Below, piece by piece: positions 14,303 to 31,713 of a stretch of DNA of 64,000 nucleotides. The stretch lies in the NCBI RefSeq assembly GCF_009914755.1, contig NC_060934.1; one strand, written 5' to 3'. Each line of letters opens with the position of its first letter. The first letter of the stretch is position 1. The notes under the pieces are model-generated. The model saw nothing but the letters and a program-made list of their open reading frames with translations, made no database searches and had not been told where the DNA came from. This DNA comes from the human T2T-CHM13v2.0 reference genome, Homo sapiens. The position numbers and the translations under genes were made by a program.

Positions 14303-14742
14303 TATTACATATATTTTAATATTCTAGACTAGTATGAAAACAATGCTACTTCCATTGCTTTATATACGTATCTATATACACATTGTCTAATGCTATAATT
14401 AAAAAAAAGTTGTAGACACAAATATACCCATTTAAAAAAAAATTTTTTTTGCTATTTTACTTCATACTGCCAACTCCTTTTTCCTGAAACTGCTTCAACT
14501 CTGGAATTCTTTTTTGCTATTAGTTTTATTTTATTGAAATATTCATGAATGAGCATACACTTGTATATGGATGTAAAATTCACAGTAATGTTCTCATGAA
14601 TTCATCTGTGAATAACATTTTATAGACAAAATGTCTGCACTAGGACAAGAGAAAGATCTATAATTCCTTTGTTCTAAGGTACCGCCATTCATTGTTATTA
14701 TTTTAAAATACGAGTGTCGACTGATGTTAAAACACAAAATGG

Positions 14743-15364
<622 letters not shown>

Positions 15365-15439
15365 TTATAACTGGGCAGTGGAATTGAAAATCATTTTAAA
15401 AAATATCCAAAATACCTAAGGAACTTGTATAAATAAATA

Positions 15440-15700
15440 GGAAAAAAAAAGAGAAAAAAAGAAGCCCACAAAAAAGCAGATTTGTAAATGGGCAATGGAT
15501 TTGAATAGACATTTAGCCATAGAAGGCATCCAGTTGGTGAAAAGGCATATGGAAAGGTGCTCAGCATCACTGATTATCAGGAAAATGAAAATGAAAACCG
15601 CCACGAGTGGTTTAGACCATAGCGGCATGCATGAAAGTTTTCAGACCTCCAGTTGTTGGGAGTGGCTGAGGAGATTGGGGAGCTTCTGTCTGAGTTGGAA
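15440..15700 (+). mobile_element. Old L1 ORF2 3' fragment
   Basis: aaatgggcaatggatttgaatagacattt...catatggaaaggtgctcagcatcactgattatcagg. Confidence 0.75.
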
Positions 15701-16786
15701 GAGTGGAGTCTCAACAAGAACCAGTGTATTCTGGACATGTGTGCGCCCTGGAGTGTTCATGGCTGGATGCCTTGTCTACCTGTGCCTTACAGAGTGACAC
15801 CATTGTGGTGTGGTCGATCAGAGGGGCAGGAGGCTTTCAGAGGGAGTGGGAAGTGGTGGGGCTTGGTTTGTTTGCCCATGGATGACAGCAAAAGTGAGTT
15901 GGCTTCCCAAGAACTTTTACCAGTAGCCTGTTTTGCTACAATTCTAGACCCAGACTGGGGTCCCAAGGCATCATAGCCCACAGCTTCTTAGCAAGTGCAT
16001 GTTCAGTTGGATCCCCCAGCTCAGCCTGGGTCATCCCCACATTCTGCCTCTTGGGCCATACATAGCTCAGCTCTGTACTGAGCCATCATCCCATGGTGAG
16101 CAAGACCCCATTCTTGGTCTTCAGTCTCTTTCCCTGCAGCATGCAATCAAGGTGGTGGCTGGAAGGGGCCAAGGAGCCACATGTCACAGTGCCCTGCTGC
16201 CTGAACAAGGACCAGAGGCCTGTGGAACACATGGCTCTCAGATTTCTCCCATTTGATGACTCATCAGCTGCCCCCACATGGCTTTCTAGCTCACAGCAGA
16301 TCTAGCCTTCTCTGAGCAGTGAAGATGGGATGTTTTATGGTCATTTTCCCTGGTGTGCAGAGCTCAAGTGGAGTTCTTCAGCACACCCTACACCATCCCC
16401 TCACTAACACCCCCACCTGTCCAGTCTTACCTGCCTTCATATCAAAAGCACTCAGTTAACCCAGAGGGCTTCAGCCCTGCCCTGCCTGACTTTCTAGGAA
16501 GCCCCTCTCTCCACCCACCCTAATCAGACACTGTCTGAAAGTTCCCCCTCATCATTTTAAAAGGAAGAGAAATTTTTCTGACACAGAGGTTCTGGTGAAG
16601 TGGCCTGCTCCCACATCACAGGGTGATGGCGGTTTGGACTGGACCAGGATCAGACAGTGCTGTCCTGGGGCTGGCCATCTGATAAGGGGCTCCAGAAAGG
16701 GCAGTGATGGACCCCTGGGAGGCTTTCTGCTCTCCTGATCACAGGTTTTTGGTGAGAGGACCTATTGGCCACTAGGGTGTCTGCGG

Positions 16787-16790
16787 GTGT

Positions 16791-16823
<33 letters not shown>
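16787..16823. repeat. (TG)n microsatellite
   Basis: Direct reading. Confidence 0.95.
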
Positions 16824-17455
16824 ATGTGTGTTTACTTGGAGTGACTTCTTTCAGCATGAAGCCCACTGTTTTGCTGAATGTATCTCACTGTTTCCTGAAA
16901 CTCAGTACATTCAGCTGGCTTAAGGGTCCTGGGGCCTCGCTGTGTCATATTTGCACAAGCCTAGTGTCTGTGCAGACTGTACACTGGAGTTCAGTTGTAA
17001 GACCCTTTTGAACCCTTATTCTGTTCCTGTAATAGAAAAGCCATTTCACTCAATGGAATAGAAACCCAGATCTAATGGAGAGATGTTCTAATCTGCCATA
17101 CACTGGGGCAGTGGCTAGTGATTTGGACTTTGTGGCACAGATGGAAATTTCCAGGTTCTCTAGGTGGTAGGCAGAGGCCTCCCTTTTTAAGAAACTCCCC
17201 ACTCCACCCCTGCCAATGAGGACGTTGCTTAGAGGTATTTCTATCAGTGTTGAGTAGAAGAGATCATTTCTTGGTGTTGAATTTCAGGTAAGGATGCCAG
17301 CTTCTGCATATCAGGGTGATGATGTTTGGGCTGCGACAGGTCTAGACAGCAGTCTGAAAGGGGGCTCAAGGAAGTAGCTGTGAAAGGCCCCTGGGATGTT
17401 TTCTGCTCCCCTTTCTGCAAATCCCCTGGAGGGAGATCCTGTTAGTCACTACAGG

Positions 17456-17456
<1 letters not shown>

Positions 17457-17487
<31 letters not shown>
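17457..17487. repeat. (TG)n microsatellite
   Basis: Direct reading. Confidence 0.95.
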
Positions 17488-17488
<1 letters not shown>

Positions 17489-17524
17489 CATCACTTGTTG
17501 CTTGGGGGTGGGAAGAGACAACAA

Positions 17525-17641
17525 CAACCTACAGAATCCAGAGTTCTCAGTTCATCTCCCATCCTAGTCCAATCATGGCCTAACATCCTTAGCTACCGAT
17601 CGCAGAGGAGACTGCGCATTTGTGTTCATGTGGCCTTGGAT
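17525..17641 (-). pseudogene. RNA5SP: Degenerate 5S rRNA pseudogene (RNA5SP family)
   Basis: Plus strand aacctacag...tctcccatcctagtccaatcatggcc...cttagctaccga...cagaggaga...tggccttggat is colinear with the reverse complement of 5S rRNA (agcctacag...tctcccatccaagtactaaccaggcc...cttagcttccgagatcagacgaga...tggccgtagac) over about 117 nt. Confidence 0.8.
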
Positions 17642-18422
17642 GTTGGCAGATTCAGATTGGTGCCCCAGGCATCTGTGCCTGTAACTGCAGTTTCAGCGGG
17701 CTCAGGACCAGGCTAAAGGGCCTCCAAGCTTCTTCCAGTTTCCTGGTGCATGCATGTGCAATATGCTCCCCTGGCCTGGGTCTTTCCTGCTGCTTCTTGC
17801 CAGTTGGGTCAGAACTAGCTTATTAACCAGTTTTTCTTCTGAGCTTTAATCGAACTGGCTCCAACCAGTTGGAGGCTTGAAAAGGGCTACGTGCTAGTTA
17901 TAGATTTTTAAAGATATATTATTATTTTAGAGTAGTTTTGAGTGTACAGCAAAATGGAGTACAGAGTCCAGAGATCTCATATGCCCTCAATTCCTGTATA
18001 CTCTCGGGTCACTCCACCAACAACCTCCTACACCAGAGCCACTTTGAAACATTAGAAAATATATTTGAGCATTCAGAAATGTATAAACTAGGCAGCCCCA
18101 GACTGCAAGCAGCTCAGAGGTCCCACAGAGAGGCTTAGGGAGGGTGGGGGAAGAATTTTATATGGTGAATGTGGAAGAAAAAGAAAATACTTGATTGGGT
18201 AAAGTGGAGCAGTGGCCTCATTTGGAACATTACAGTGGAAGGTCTCTAGTTAGATGTTAGTTGGTGGTTTCTGATTGGTTAAGCTTAAGTTTCCTTTTAT
18301 TATTTACATTGAGTCAAGTTTTGGTTTATTTAAGGAGGAATTGAGTGCACGGCAGCCACCTCAGCCTCATGGCCACCTGTTTATTGGATTATTTTTAACA
18401 GAGAAGATCCTTTAAAAAATAT

Positions 18423-18685
18423 CTGTTACCCTGGCTGGAGTGCAGTGACGTGATCACGGCTCACTGCAGCCACAACCTTCCAGCTCAGGTGATCCTCCCA
18501 CCTCAGTGCTCCCCACCCTGAGTAGCTGGGACTACAGGCATGTGCCACCACACCACCATGCTAGGCTAATGGTTTGTATTTGTTTAAGAGATGCAGTTTC
18601 CCTAAGTTGCTTAGGCTTCTTTTGAACTCTTAGACTCAAATAATCTGCCTGCATTGGTCTCCCCAAGTGCTGGAATTACAGGCCA
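18423..18685 (-). mobile_element. AluJ, truncated
   Basis: Diverged antisense Alu. Confidence 0.85.
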
Positions 18686-19240
18686 TCTAAATCTTTTATC
18701 TCAGATTTGCCTTGTGGCAAAAGGTGGGGTACTTTTTCTGACATGATGAGGCAGAGAAAGATGAGGTGGGTGCATCCTGTGCATATGATTTTCTCAGGTG
18801 ATGGGAATATGGTGGGCTCTTGCCTAATGGGATATATTTTCTCTTTGAATGATTTGGCAAGATATCAGATGAGAGAAGTTGAATAAATGTTAGAAGAACA
18901 TAGAAAAAATAGGTTATACACGTTGGGTTTCTGAAGAAATGATGTCATTGGAGAAACAAAACTTTTATTGATTTCTGGAAACATTTAGGGCCAATTTTTT
19001 TGTGTAAGTAATTTGAATTTATGATGATATCTCTGACCACTTTTTGATATTTTTTCTGGTTCAGGTGAGTGGTGTCATTGAGCAAACACAAAGTCGGGCT
19101 CATCCAAGGATGAGATTTTGCCAGAGAAAGGACGAGCAGCAAGTCAGGGAGCTTAAGGTAATTATGAGAAAGTGACTATCTAAAATTGCTTAGGTAGAAG
19201 GAGACAGATTGGATTTTTGTGTGTTTGGTATTTGGGATAA

Positions 19241-19637
<397 letters not shown>

Positions 19638-21718
19638 TAGTTCTGGACAAGGTGGAAAACTCTTAAAGTGGAAGTATTGGGGCGAATGCTCTGACAGGCT
19701 AGGATGGTGCAGTCAGTCCCTTCACCCAGAAATCAGTAGAATGTTAGCAGTTCAGACTCAAACCTTGTGAAAAACAGGTGGTGGAAAGGAAATCCCTCAC
19801 AGCAACTGGCACCATAATCAAGACAATGTTTGCAGAATAAATGGAGTTACCTGCTTTCAGCCCCAGGTCATAGCTATTGTCTGCCCTGCTGATATGTGAT
19901 AATAATTTGTGATCATGTTGTCTTAAAATGGGGTCACTCATCTCCAGTAGAATTAAGTCCACAGTGAAGTTGTCCCCCCATCCCCAAAGAGATAAACATA
20001 TATGAATGAACTCACGTGATAACAACTACTGCTGCCTGGGATCATGAGAGACCTGAACTGAACTGATAGGAAGTGAAAGGTGGCTGAGATAATGAGAATA
20101 GACCCATCTGCAGAGGATCATAAAACCAGCAAAGACAAGATCTTGTCTAAGATGCCTTCACAAACTTTGTCCATGAGAACTCTTAAGGATTTCACCAGAC
20201 CTGTTGGCTGCTGCTGTGATCTCTGCCCAAGAGGAGCCTCTGACCAACATCCAAAGGGCTTCTGGACCCACTGGACTCCTCTGGAGGTACCTTAGTCTCC
20301 CGATCCATGGCTGTGTTTTTTTACTCCCTTTATCGCTGCCTGTGTGTAGAATGATAATTGCACAATTGATAGTGTGAAGACCTCTTGATAAATGGTAAAT
20401 CTGAGCATATGTATTTGGCTGACATGTCATTGTGAAACCTCACAGCTTCAGTCAGTGTCAACGCAGCTAGGGAGCATGTACCTAATGCACATATCACTGG
20501 GCATAGTCTACAGGCACCTAATAACTCAGGTACCTTAACAGTCACTAATGAGTGTCTCTCCAAGGACTAAACAATGGAAGACTGTAGAAGATGCTATTCA
20601 TTAAAATATCTCAAGAATATGGAAGACTATTATTCGCTTCTCATGGGACAGGACTTTATAGGGCACCTGAAAAAACTCCCATGAAAAATCACTTTTACAA
20701 AATGTCAAGTTATGATATCCAAGATGAAACCAATGAGTCACAACATTCACATAATACACTGTACAACCCTGATCTCTTGACTGTCATCAAATGTTTCTTA
20801 CCTCTAAACCAAAGTTTCATTTTATAATTTAATTTTTCTCATTTTTTCCATTCTCTTAGCTTAAGAAAAGATCATTACAAACTTTTTGTAAGTTTTTCAT
20901 ATATGCTTGCAAAGGGTTGTAAAACTTTATTGTGATTATTCTTGCTTTAAGCTGAAACTTCCCTAATCTTTCTTTAGAGATTGTGGCATAGCATGTTAGT
21001 TTCTTTTCCATATCCAATTGTTTTCTGTTATGAATACAGAAATACAGGCACTGTCTTGTAACTTTAAATAGACATCATCTCAAGTCTACAAGAATTATCC
21101 AAAATGGTATTTAATGACATTTCTAGGTCTTCAGACACTATTAATGCAGATTGTAGCCTCTAGGTCCTGAAGATTTTACTAGATACTGGTTACTGAAACT
21201 GAGCTTTCTTGAATTCTTTTTCCTTCCACTGTGGTTTCCCGCATTTCAACATATCACCTATTTTTGTCCTCAAAGGTTACTTAAATGTTTTCCACAGAAT
21301 TAAATTAAATATGAATCATCCCTCCTCTGATTTTTGAAATGACCCTTTGCTTCCTATGATAATGATTCTTCTGGTCCGTTTTGTAGTTATATGTTAGAGT
21401 TTGTAAATAGTCACACATTTTGCAACTGCATATAATTTTCTTATTATTTTTTCCTCTTCCTCTAAAACTGCTGTTATTTCTTTTAACTTTTTGTGGGAAA
21501 AATTAAACCCATCTTTCACTTTGTTGATATACTTATTTATAATTGAACTCCTTGATTTTTGCTCGAATTGCTTTTCAAGTTACCCACTTTTAGGGAAGAC
21601 ATTATTTGGGTTTTGTTTAGTGTATCAGGCTTTTTTTAGTTAGTTGTATCAAGAAGTGTAGACTTTTCTATACATAATATCCTTTTTCCCACAGTATTTT
21701 TTTTTTTTTTTAAAGTCT

Positions 21719-22022
<304 letters not shown>

Positions 22023-23699
22023 TTAAAATAAAGGTCATCAAAAGATATTTTCCTAAACCTTTCCTTTACCAGAAATATCTCTAGTGTCACATGGTCCTTT
22101 CTCCCTTCTTGCTTTTGTAGGAATCCAAAGCTAATCTGTCCCTGATCCGGATTGCACGCACCTGTGCCTTTTGGGGCCCTTCTGCATTAGTTCTTCCTTC
22201 TCTTCTAACCTCAAAAATGTGTTTTCTCTATTGGCTCTTTCCCTTTAACATAGAAGTATACTCACGCTTTTGTTGAATCTTGAAATAAAAGGCTTCCTTT
22301 ACCACATATCTCCCTTTAATACTACATCTCTCTTCTCAGCCAAATACTTGGGAAGAGAAGCCCTGAGTTTGTGTCATTGTTTTCTCACCTCCAGTTCACT
22401 ACTTTGCCCACTGCCTGACATCCAGCTCGCTCACACACACACCCAAGCCCAATCACTAAGTTGCCATAGCTAATTTGTAGCTTTCCTGCCTTCCTGGCAA
22501 AATTTGACTCTGCATTGGGATAATACATGTCGAGTACCTATTGAACAGGCACTGTGCTAGGTGCTACTGTTATAGATATGAAAAGAAGGCATCATCTCCT
22601 TTCTAACAACTCACAGGAGCAGCCATTTCTGATTCATACATGTCTCTTGAGTCTCAGTGCTCACTTTTGCAAGCTTCACTTAATGCCGTGCAAATCACCC
22701 TATTCTCCAGGTCTTCTTTCTTCCCAGTTCTCCTTACTATACACAACTTCTCAAGGCAGTCACCTCCACACCCATGGCTTCAATTGCTTTCTCCATTCTC
22801 TGAGAACAATAGAATTTTAAATGGTTTTATTTCATGTATTAGCTTTATTTTATACAAGGTGCCTCACCTGCTGTAACCATAGATTCAAAGTTGCTCCATG
22901 AAAGTAATAAATGAAAAATGGTGATTTTTTAGCATGTAAATTTTAGGAAATTTCCCCAGTTACGCTTAATGGCTTGATTTAGTGTGTATGTTATTTTTGA
23001 AAACATATGTTGGGATGTCACAAATGGACTTAGCCTACAGAGATTTATATTCAACTTTTGACCAGAGAGTTCCATTTTAATGTGACACTGAGAGTAAAAA
23101 ACTATCTTTTCCTCCTTACCTATTTCTCTTCCTACATTCTCGGCCAGGAGGAAGGCACTGCTACACACCCAGTCTTCCCCAGCAGAGCCTGAGCAGCTCT
23201 GTTTTCCTTCTACTTCCCCTCTTCTTTCACATCTCATGACCAAGCACTTCCTATTCTGTCTCCCAAATGATCACAGACTTTTTCCTCCACTTTTGTCACT
23301 GCCACTGCCCTTAGCATTACTCTGCCTTTAGAGAAAGTCTCTTAATTGGTTGGGTTGCTTCCTTCAGTCTTTATTATACAGACCACTACACGCACATCTG
23401 ACAGAGACTTTTCACCTTTTTATGGTTGAATGACTGAAATTCCCAGAATAAAATTAAAACCACCCCAGCATCAAATTTGAGGTCAAATAGAGGTGGGTTT
23501 GTATCCCAGGTTCATATACTGTCCAGCAGTATGGTCTCAGAAAACTGACCTCCTTAAGCCTTTGTTTGTGTATCTGCCTACACTCATTGAGAGTTGGGAC
23601 TATTTCACACATACAGTGCCTGGCATGTAGAAGGGACTTAATCAATGTTGAAAGAAGGGGAGGCATTTTAAAATCCACATCAAAAAAATGTTGTTCTGT

Positions 23700-24311
<612 letters not shown>

Positions 24312-24448
24312 TCAGCAAGGTTGAAGCATAAAAGGTTAATAGCCAGAATCATTTATCAATTGTATTTCTATACATCTACAAGACACAATCTGAAAATGAA
24401 ATTAGAGAAACAATTTCACTGGGCAACAAGAGCAAAACTTCGTCTCAA

Positions 24449-24493
<45 letters not shown>
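24449..24493. repeat. (AAT)n tail of a 5'-truncated Alu remnant (starting about 24419)
   Basis: ctgggcaacaagagcaaaacttcgtctcaaa followed by AAT repeats. Confidence 0.9.
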
Positions 24494-24539
24494 CTACAAT
24501 GTCATTTCCCATCCAAGCTTGACTTCTACCTTTACTTTC

Positions 24540-25259
24540 TGATATGGTTTTGCCATGTCCCCACCCAAATCTCATCATGAATTATAATCCCCATAATCCT
24601 GATGTGTCGAGGGAGGGGCCTAGGGGGAGGTGATTGGATCATGGGGGCAGTTATCCTCATGCTGTTCTTGTGATATTCAGTAAGTCCTCATGAGATCTTA
24701 TAGGGTTTTGTTTTGTTTTTTGGGATGGAGTCTTGCTCTGTTGTCCAGGCAGGAGTGCCATGGCACGATCTTGGCTCACTGCAGTCTCTGCCTCTTGAGT
24801 TCCAGTGATTCTCCTGCCTCAGCCTCCTGAGTAGCTGGGATTACAGGCATGCACCACCACACCCAGCTAATTTTTGTATTTTTAGTAGAGACAGGATTTC
24901 ACTACATTAGCTAGGCTGGTCTCAAACTCCTGACCTCAGTTGATCCACCTGCCTTGGCCTCCCAAAGTACTAGGGTTACAAGTGTGAGCCACCGTGCCCA
25001 GCTGAGATCTGATGGTTTTATACATGTTTGACAGTTGCTCCTTCACATGTTCCCACTCTCTGTGCGGCCACCATGTAAGTCGGACCTGCCCTTCTGCCAT
25101 GATTGTAAGTTTCCTGAAGGACTTCCCCCTCTGCCATGATTGTTAAGTTTCCTGAGGCCTCCCCAGCCATGTGAAACTGAGTCAATTAAACCTCTTTCCT
25201 TTAAAAATTACCCAACCTCAGGTGTTTCTTTATATCAGTGTGAAAACAGACTGCTATAC
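24540..25259 (+). mobile_element. THE1D-like MaLR solo LTR interrupted by an antisense AluS (about 24705-25002)
   Basis: tgatatggttt...tccccacccaaatctcatc start; attaaacctctttcc...gtgtgaaaacagact end; gagatct repeated on both sides of the Alu. Confidence 0.85.
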
Positions 25260-25274
25260 TTTCTGATACTCATG

Positions 25275-25460
25275 CTTAAGCAATTGGGGAATTCAGACTA
25301 CCTGGGATCAAACTATGGCCCCACCCTTAGCAGTCATGTGACCTTGGGGAGGTTACTTACCTTCTCCATCTCAACAACTTCTGTAAAATCTGTAACATGA
25401 GATTGTTTCTGAGGGTTAAATGAGCATAGCACAGTGGGGACACTGTCAGGCACACACTAC
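25275..25460 (+). mobile_element. MIR SINE
   Basis: tgtgaccttgggga.gttacttaccttctc...gagggttaaatgag. Confidence 0.7.
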
Positions 25461-26084
25461 TTGCCAGATGTCGAGTATTCATCTTTATTGAAATAGGACT
25501 GTGGTAAGCCACTTTATGGCTCTCGATTTTGTATGAGAAAATCATGCTTAGTGCCTTGTTAGTAAAAGAAAGAAAACCTGAAAGTCCCTGCCATGGAAGG
25601 AAGAAATAGCGGGGAGAAAAGGGAGTTGGTAAGTTTCAGCATTTCAGAGCTTGGAGGTGCCAGTTAGGTTTCTATTTTATGGAGAAGGAGGTGGAGGCAG
25701 GATGGGTCCTAAGGTGTCATTCAAAACACACAGCCATAACTCTTTATTGAGAGTAGAGCTAGGGCCCCAGGGATTGCTGTGGTCAAGTTGCGGACAAAAA
25801 TGACCACTCGTTGGAAGACAGGAGAGGAGTGTTTAGTTACAAAAGCAGTCAACAATTCAGGTGTATCTATATTCAGACAGCAAATAAAAGTTGTTCAACT
25901 TGGTTGCTAATGGGACCCACTCTACTGAGGCTTTGTATAGAACTCATAGAGGAAGCTGGCTTCAAGGAATGAACTACCCTGTGCTTTTCTTAGGACTAAA
26001 ATCTCAGGAAGCTGGTGATGAATGAAAACCTTAGTCCCACTGGCACTGCACGAGGGGCCAGGAGAGCAGCAGCATCATAAGCCA

Positions 26085-26891
<807 letters not shown>

Positions 26892-27151
26892 TGAGGCATC
26901 CTACACTTCGAGCTCCTTTCTGCTTGTAGCCAGCTTTCCCGGGGGCTGGCCAGGAACAAAACTGGCTCTGCCTTGAATTCCCACCCCTTAGTCTTTCCCC
27001 ACCGAGTCCAGTCAGTTTCTTTTCGCCTCCCCTCCCAATCGCCCAGTTCTTGCTCTCTCATCTCATTCTCCCAGGCTGGCATGGGACCATTTATTTATGG
27101 CTCTTGTCGAATAAGCAGCAGTTGAATAAATGAGTTGATACATTTTTATAA

Positions 27152-27310
<159 letters not shown>

Positions 27311-28033
27311 TAGGCTTCTTTGAGCTATTCTCTTCCTTTTCTCAATAAAAACTCAAATATCCCAACTTTTCAGTACCCATCTTATTTTTTCTTTGTACCT
27401 ATCCAGATGGTACCTAAGTGAAGGAACCAGGTAAGTGCCTAATTGTTTCCTTTGTTAAAGTAGCCAAATCTCAGGACAGTTCCTATTCAAATATTTGGGG
27501 ATTTCTTATTTAAAATCAGAATGGAGGTTGCCACGGGAGAGGCTATATGGTATTCTTAATGGGCTGCTTTAAGTCACCTTGATAGAAGCTGCTTAGTTTC
27601 TTCTAACTGTAATTTGAACACAGAAGGAAAAAGAAAAAAGGAGAGTGCTTAAAATAATTGTGAAAGGTGTGAAATGTCACAGCCGGGGCTGCAGAAAAAT
27701 GGTTGTGTGTGTGTGTTTGGGGTTTCTCAAAGGAGTTTACCTATGAGGCTCTGATTACTTTAAAATTCTTACTTTAACAGAAAATGTGTCTCCAGATTTA
27801 TTCTGGTGACTTAACAGACTTTATTTACCTCCTTGTTCTAAAAGAGAGGTGGGGATTGGTTCATGGTCAAAACTTTCAAAAGACATGAAACGTCAACGTA
27901 GACTTTTAATGTGTAATATAAAGATTGCAGGTTAAAATGTCAGACCTTCCCTGTTAGAGTGTTTGTTGCCATGGCTCCCCCTTTGTCCCTTCCCCTCCTG
28001 ACAATAGCATCTTGTTCAAAGATAAGAAAGTTA

Positions 28034-28345
<312 letters not shown>

Positions 28346-29262
28346 AGAAAGTTGGAGTTTTTTAGTCTCTACACTGCTGGCAGAGGCAGGGGATGGGAGC
28401 CGGTAGAAAAGAGAAAACAATTAGTTGGTTTGCCTCTAAAATTTTGCAAAGAGATGAATCTAAGTAAAAGTAATTCTGGGTAATAATATGGTTCTTGAAT
28501 AAAAACTGAAATTTTCAAAATAGAAAACATTGCATCATAAACATATTAAATCCAGTTGGCTTATTGGTTTCATTTAAATGCCAGAGATTTCATCACTGTA
28601 GAGGAAATGTCTTATAGCTCTTCTATTTAAACTTTGGTCGGGCTCTTAATTTTTAAAGAGGTAGGATAATTAAGACTCATTATGAGTGTGACTTTGTAAC
28701 TTGGAAGTACTATCTTCACATTTCAAGATATTTAAGGATTGCTTTAGAATAAACAAATGCATTATGTGAATTAATTGATTGTACCTTTATACACAAAGCA
28801 TGTAAGTACTTGTGTAAACTTATACTCTGCTTGGTGATGTTCGGAAAGCCTGATGGATGTTACACACCAGTTAGTAGATGGGTAGTGTTGGATGAGAGCC
28901 CAAAAATGGCTCTTTATTGTCATTCTTTAGGATTACAACACAGTTTATGTATGTCTCACTTGGCCCTTTCCAATACAAATAAGGCCTGTGTATGTTCTCC
29001 CTATGTATTGCTAATGAAGAAATGAAAACTTAGAGATATCACATGACTATGGAAGACAGCTACTCAAGAGAACTAAGGTTCTGTGTCCTCAGAATGAAAT
29101 GGAAGTGACAGATATGATGAATTTACTTTTTAAAAATTTTAAAAACTCTAGAATACATCTTATATTTTGCCTATAAAATAGACTGTCTTTTAAAACTTAC
29201 TGCTATCTTGATTTATTTTATGCAAAGTTGATTTTACACAACTCAAAGCCAAAATTTACCTC

Positions 29263-29405
29263 TTTTTTTTTTTTTTTTTTAAATAAAGGAGGGTGTCATT
29301 GTGTTACTCATGCTGGCCTCAACTTCCTGACCTGGGTTCAAGTGATTTTCCCATCTCAGCCTCCTGAGTAGCTGGGACTACAAGCATGTGCCATCTTGCC
29401 TGGCT
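29263..29405 (-). mobile_element. Alu monomer
   Basis: Single antisense arm after a T run. Confidence 0.75.
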
Positions 29406-29514
29406 CTATCTTATGTCTATACATTCATTTCAATGGATAAGAATCAAAGTAGAGATAGTGAAATAGCCTAAATGCAGCAGTCGAATAAATGAGTTGATAA
29501 ATTTTTATCAATGA

Positions 29515-29670
<156 letters not shown>

Positions 29671-30409
29671 TGATCAGGTTATAGAAAGTATTTAGAAAAA
29701 CTCATATTGGTTTAAATTTTTCACCTTTTCACATGTTCACTTGTCTCATTTTAATATGTGATATACTTTCCTTTAGTTGTTATGATGTTAGTGAAAATGT
29801 GTAACCTTTTTGTTTATACATTTTGCCATCTTTTTATCAACACAATTAATTTGTGATGTGATGGAGGAGTCATGGATTTCTCTTTATAATTCTTGGATTT
29901 ATCTTTATTTATAATTAATGGATTTATCTTTATTTATAATCCCTTTTCCCTTGCTCCAAAAAGTACACTTTAAAGATGAATGATAGAACTTAGGCTTCAG
30001 CTTGGTTTTCATTTAAACAACTTAAAAAACATAGTTGTTTATCATCAGGGATTGAATCTGTGATTTGGGCCTCCTCTTACACAGTCCTCTGACCACATTC
30101 ATTTACCACATCCAAGTTCATGCTACTCAAAAGTTTTAGGTTATTAACTTTTTCATTCGATGTAATGTAAATTTAAACGTGCCCTACTCCTGCTTATTTC
30201 CCTTAATGTTATGTTAAATCCTTATTTATTTGCCAACAAGCCATACACAGCCAAGTTTTCCAGTTGACTTAAACAGCAAGAATACAAGTGAGGGTTCTAT
30301 AATAGTGTGCGAAGTAATGCAGCACAGTAAAACACGGGAGTTTGTAACCTTTGTTTTTATAGTTTGAGTAGACTTTGCCCATCTTGAGTCAGTTATTTCT
30401 GGTTAGAAT

Positions 30410-31111
<702 letters not shown>

Positions 31112-31403
31112 GAATTGTATTTCCCAGTTCCTTCCAGAGCCATGGGCTTCTCACACCTAGAGAGCATGGAAGCAGTAAAAGAAAAGCTATTCCATGTCCC
31201 TCACTCTTCAGTGGTAGTAACTTTTGCCTACAAGGCCCTCCCAGCATCAAAGGCAGAGGCAGTGTAGGAAACAAAGCATGGCCCAAGTCCCTCTTGGGGC
31301 TTTTATTATTCTGGCCTCTTTTTAGGGAAAAAAAAATGATTTTTTTGTGCTGCAGACACCATGTCCAATTAGGTTTGTATACTTATTTTAACATCAAAAT
31401 TTA

Positions 31404-31713
<310 letters not shown>

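Noticed and set aside
15653-15976. Protein-looking ORF (EEIGELLSELEEW)
   Set aside because: Begins in the decayed tail of an L1 fragment; no splice context or recognisable homolog.
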